This document shows positions 17,902-21,083 of a stretch of 21,083 nucleotides of DNA, in pieces; position 1 is the stretch's first letter; each line of letters begins with the position of its first letter. A model generated the notes under the pieces. The model was not told where the DNA came from, searched no databases, and saw nothing but the letters and a program-made list of their open reading frames with translations. The DNA is from an uncultured Chlamydiae bacterium (GTDB lineage Bacteria > Chlamydiota > Chlamydiia > Chlamydiales > Parachlamydiaceae), in contig CAWHMU010000043.1 in the NCBI GenBank assembly GCA_963830365.1, forward strand, positions 1-21,083, written 5' to 3'. Made by a program: the position numbers and the translations under genes.

Positions 17902-19768
17902 TTGTGAAACGAATGTTTCCCTCCGCAAGGAGGGAAACATAGCTGTATTATAAGATGAGGGAAGACCCCTCGGATCGGCATACAGGTGCTGATTCAAACC
18001 ACTCTAAGCTGCATTAGTTAAATGCTACTTGTGGTGAACGTTAAGAGAAAAGGTGTGACCAGATCACATCAGGTGATGATTAGGGAGATGAACAACAAGT
18101 AAGTACCGTAAGTAAGTGTCGAAAGTGGGATAAGTGACATAAAAACTAGAGATCTCTACACGTTTCTAGGAAGAGTCCAACGGAAACCTGATGTACTGGT
18201 TGGATTGTGTCCGGCACAGAGGTAACATGAACCTAATCTAGGCTTAAAGTACGGAACGTTTGAACTTGTCGCTACGATGATAAGGGAAAAGTCACAAGGA
18301 TACGAAATCCGAGGACGAAAGTACCAAGGCGTAGCACGAGGGCGGAGAGATTCGTAGTAGTGAAGAAGTCTTTGTAACGAAGATGGAGCGAAGGGGTCTC
18401 CTGTCCAGCCGATTTCAAAATAGACAACCGAAAGGAATGACCTAAATGGAGAAGGCAAAATCGTATCATATTTCTAAATATGCATTTATGGAAGCATATG
18501 AGTGTGTAAAAGCCAATAAAGGTTCAGCAGGAGTTGATGATGTATCTATTCAAGATTTTGGGAATGATCTGAAAAGGAATCTCTACAAGATTTGGAATAG
18601 GATGTCATCTGGAAGCTACTTTCCGCCGCCTGTTAAAACGGTAGAAATACCTAAAGCAGATGGAAAGATGAGAGAGTTGGGGATTCCCACAGTAGGAGAC
18701 CGAATTGCACAGATGGTTGTTAAAATGTATCTAGAACCATTGATAGAGCCGCATTTTCATAATGACTCGTACGGATATAGACCAAATAAATCGGGATTAG
18801 ATGCCGTAGAAGTAGCCAGAAGGATGTGTTGGAAGTATGACTGGATCTTGGATATAGATATCAAAGGATTTTTCGATAACATCGATCATGAACTCATGAT
18901 GCGTGCTGTCAAAAGGCACACACAAGAACCTTGGATTCTCATATATGTGCAACGATGGTTAGAAGCCCCTGCAGAAGCCAAAGACGGAAGTTTGGTGAAA
19001 AGGACAAAAGGCACCCCACAAGGTGGCGTAATAAGTCCACTATTAGCCAATCTCTACTTGCACTACGCATTTGATGAATGGATGAAAAGAAATTATTCTG
19101 GAAATCCATTTGAAAGATACGCAGATGATATTGTAGTACATTGTAGAACCGAAGAAGAGGCGGTAAAACTTAAAGAAGACATCAGGAAAAGACTTGAAGA
19201 GTGCAAGCTTGAATTGCATCCCGAGAAGACCAAAATCGTATATTGCAAAGACTCAAATAGACGAGGTAACTACCAAAACGAGAAATTTGATTTTCTAGGC
19301 TATACTTTTAGACCGAGATCGTCAAGAAATCGACAAGGTAAACTCTTTGTAAATTTTACTCCGGCAATTAGCGACAAGGCAAAACAGAAAGCAAGGGATA
19401 AAATAAAAAGCTGGTTAAAAGAAGTCAAACCGAATGGAAATCTAAGAGAATTCACCAAAATAATAAATCCAGTCATATCAGGATGGATAAATTATTATGG
19501 GAAATTTAATGCGTCTGAACTTTGGCCTATAATGAGGAATGTAGACACTGTCTTGATGAAATGGGCAAAGAAGAAATATGAGAAGTTGAAGCATAGTTGG
19601 CTAAAAGCAAAAGACTGGTTATCTAGAATAAGAAAAAGAGAATCAAATCTTTTTGCGAATTGGCAATGGATGCAGAGACACGATTTGGACAGACGAGCCG
19701 TATGAAGTGAGAGCTTCACGTACGGTTCTGTGAGGGTTTTATGGTGAAAGTCCATTTAACTACTCGGC
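17902..19768 (+). mobile_element. Group II intron, bacterial class D (RmInt1-like, IIB), 1867 nt
   Basis: Boundaries defined by the rebuilt repeat; 5' TTGTGA; GCAA-capped stem 17913-17940; EBS2 GTGGG 18125-18129; EBS1 CTACAC 18156-18161 in a stem-loop; 34 nt domain V 19695-19728 with AGC triad; domain VI with bulged A at 19762 (-7). Confidence 0.93.
18446..19705 (+). CDS. ltrA: Group II intron reverse transcriptase/maturase, no endonuclease domain
   Basis: VKANKGSAGVD, NLYKIWNRMSSGSYFPPPV, LGIPTVGDRIAQ, DIDIKGFFDNI, GTPQGGVISPLLANLYLH, RYADD, FDFLGYTF, NPVISGWINYY; 419 aa; the stop codon falls within domain V. Confidence 0.96.
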   Translation: MEKAKSYHISKYAFMEAYECVKANKGSAGVDDVSIQDFGNDLKRNLYKIWNRMSSGSYFPPPVKTVEIPKADGKMRELGIPTVGDRIAQMVVKMYLEPLIEPHFHNDSYGYRPNKSGLDAVEVARRMCWKYDWILDIDIKGFFDNIDHELMMRAVKRHTQEPWILIYVQRWLEAPAEAKDGSLVKRTKGTPQGGVISPLLANLYLHYAFDEWMKRNYSGNPFERYADDIVVHCRTEEEAVKLKEDIRKRLEECKLELHPEKTKIVYCKDSNRRGNYQNEKFDFLGYTFRPRSSRNRQGKLFVNFTPAISDKAKQKARDKIKSWLKEVKPNGNLREFTKIINPVISGWINYYGKFNASELWPIMRNVDTVLMKWAKKKYEKLKHSWLKAKDWLSRIRKRESNLFANWQWMQRHDLDRRAV

Positions 19769-20107
19769 CGCCAACGGCGTAAACCGTGGGTCATAATAAA
19801 AAATAACCCAGTCCCAAAGGGGCGTTATAATTGAATTTAGGGATTTCATTTTTCGTTAGCAATCGAGGAGGGAAATTATAACGCCCCCTTGGGGCTAAAT
19901 TGATTATGTGATGACCCACGGTTTGCGCCGGCTGGCGCTACACCATGGGCTACAAATATGGCCGCTCCTAAGGAGCTCAGCAATATGGTTTCAAGTCTTG
20001 AGATTTGTTATTTAGGAGATCGCAAAGGCGTAAAGAGATAAACTATATAATATATGACGCCCATTGGGTGGACAGTTGAGTGGATATTGGACGATGAGAG
20101 GTGATAA

Positions 20108-20755
20108 ATGAGAGGTGAGAGATGCCCGGTATCGGGGGAGACGGCGGAAGAGGACCGTTTTAATCATTTAAGCCACCTGCTGGGGTTGGTATTGAGCGTT
20201 ATCGGCGCAGTCTTTTTGATCGGTTATGCCGCCGTTTATGGGGATGACCATATTCTTGCTGCCGTTATCATCTATAGCGCCTCTTTGGTGGCTATGTATG
20301 CCGCTTCGGCCAGCTACCATGACTGCAAAGACAAGCGGCGCAAGCACAGGCTTAAAATTGTGGATCATGCCTGCATCTATCTGCTGATTGCCGGCACCTA
20401 TACCCCGTTTGCTGTCGGGCCGCTTAGAACTGGCGACGGCTACAATCTGCTGGTGATAGAATGGGGCATTGCCGTCATCGGCATCATCTTCAAGCTATAT
20501 ACCGTGCATCGTTTCCAGGTATTTTCGACGCTGGCATATTTGGCCATGGGGTGGCTGATCGTCTTCACCTGGCCGGTATTGATACAGAAACTGCCGCTGT
20601 CGACGCTGCTGTGGCTGGCGGCGGGAGGTTTTTTTTACACCCTGGGGACCATCTTCTTTATGTGGAAGACGCTGCCCTGGAAGCATGGCGTCTGGCATCT
20701 CTTCGTTTTGGCCGGCAGCTTCTGCCATTATTTTGCCGTGCTCGACCTGGTTTAA
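20108..20755 (+). CDS. Hemolysin III / PAQR family membrane protein (TrhA/YqfA-like)
   Basis: EE..NHLSHLLG, SASYH, DHACIYLLIAGTYTP, YLAMGW, GGFFYTLG, HGVWHLFVLAGSFCHY. Confidence 0.92.
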   Translation: MRGERCPVSGETAEEDRFNHLSHLLGLVLSVIGAVFLIGYAAVYGDDHILAAVIIYSASLVAMYAASASYHDCKDKRRKHRLKIVDHACIYLLIAGTYTPFAVGPLRTGDGYNLLVIEWGIAVIGIIFKLYTVHRFQVFSTLAYLAMGWLIVFTWPVLIQKLPLSTLLWLAAGGFFYTLGTIFFMWKTLPWKHGVWHLFVLAGSFCHYFAVLDLV

Positions 20756-21083
20756 ATCCAACGAATATCAGCATTAATTGAAAACTTCATATTTGGTGAT
20801 ACTTCTTTGAATTCATCTTCGAGAAGTAGCATCTCCATCTGTTTGGTAAATTCTTCTTTGAAAAGGCTCCAAGTGCATTGGACAAGATCACGGTAGTCGG
20901 CAAGTTCTGCATAATTCTTGATGTCATCGAATGTGTGTTTATATGCATTTTCAAAGAAATAACTTTGTAATTTGGATGAAAATTCAATGTTATTGCGATC
21001 ATGGATTTCCTTATCAGCCATTTCTTCCTGAGTTCTTGTTGATGATTTGGCTTTAAAGGGGACGCCCATGGCATAAGTTGACT
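20752..21083 (-). CDS. Hypothetical protein, probably the 3' end of a gene starting beyond the window
   Basis: The frame of ORF 20752-21069 stays open to the window edge; AT-rich; no recognisable motif. Confidence 0.45.
   Translation of the reverse strand, partial: STYAMGVPFKAKSSTRTQEEMADKEIHDRNNIEFSSKLQSYFFENAYKHTFDDIKNYAELADYRDLVQCTWSLFKEEFTKQMEMLLLEDEFKEVSPNMKFSINADIRWI

Larger units (their letters stand above)
17828..20013. repeat. Foldback element copy 2 (~319 bp without the intron), interrupted in its left arm by the group II intron
   Basis: Joining 17828-17901 to 19769-20013 rebuilds ..TTGCTGAGCTCCTTAGGAGCGGCCATATTTGTAGCCCACAGTGTAG|CGCCAACGGCGTAAACCGTGGGTCAT.., complementary to the right arm (19911-19983) and colinear with copy 1. 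Confidence 0.92.

Noticed and set aside
17304..18469. Short minus-strand ORFs over the tRNA, repeat and intron domain I
   Set aside because: They overlap RNA structures and show no protein motifs.
18446..19705. RT as retron, DGR, Abi or CRISPR-associated RT
   Set aside because: It has group II RT0-7 and X motifs with YADD and is embedded in an intron RNA with domains V/VI and EBS1/IBS1 pairing; no TR/VR pair or msr-msd seen.
20094..20124. Heptamer run ATGAGAG-GTGATAA-ATGAGAG-GTGAGAG at the hemolysin III start
   Set aside because: Only about four degenerate units with no partner array; too weak to call.

Overview
A 21 kb bacterial chromosomal window, most consistent with an environmental Chlamydiae (Parachlamydiales-like) genome; this is inferred from gene content, not proven. 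In order it holds: the 5' part of an IS110-family recombinase (minus strand, missed by the ORF track) with its non-coding end; a five-gene Bat-type operon (batA, batB, batC-like, batD, batE); an AT-rich sulfotransferase-fold gene; a conserved hypothetical gene; a class II (AdoCbl) ribonucleotide reductase with tandem NrdR boxes; a metallophosphoesterase; glgC; an ArnT/PMT-like glycosyltransferase; tRNA-Ser(GCT); a complete RmInt1-like (class D) group II intron; and a hemolysin-III/PAQR gene. The most striking signal is intergenic. The spacers are filled with nested, modular GTAG-REP/REPIN-like foldbacks, and two RNA-guided mobile elements appear linked to them. The group II intron sits inside one arm of a ~300 bp foldback that has an empty sibling at 7.8-8.06 kb, and its EBS1/EBS2 are complementary to the conserved REP arm, leaving three more empty target sites in the window. 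The IS110 non-coding end carries a 13/13 nt match to the neighbouring REP-like site, a candidate bridge-RNA guide with unusual polarity. Three genes are broken by single-base homopolymer indels that look like sequencing errors.
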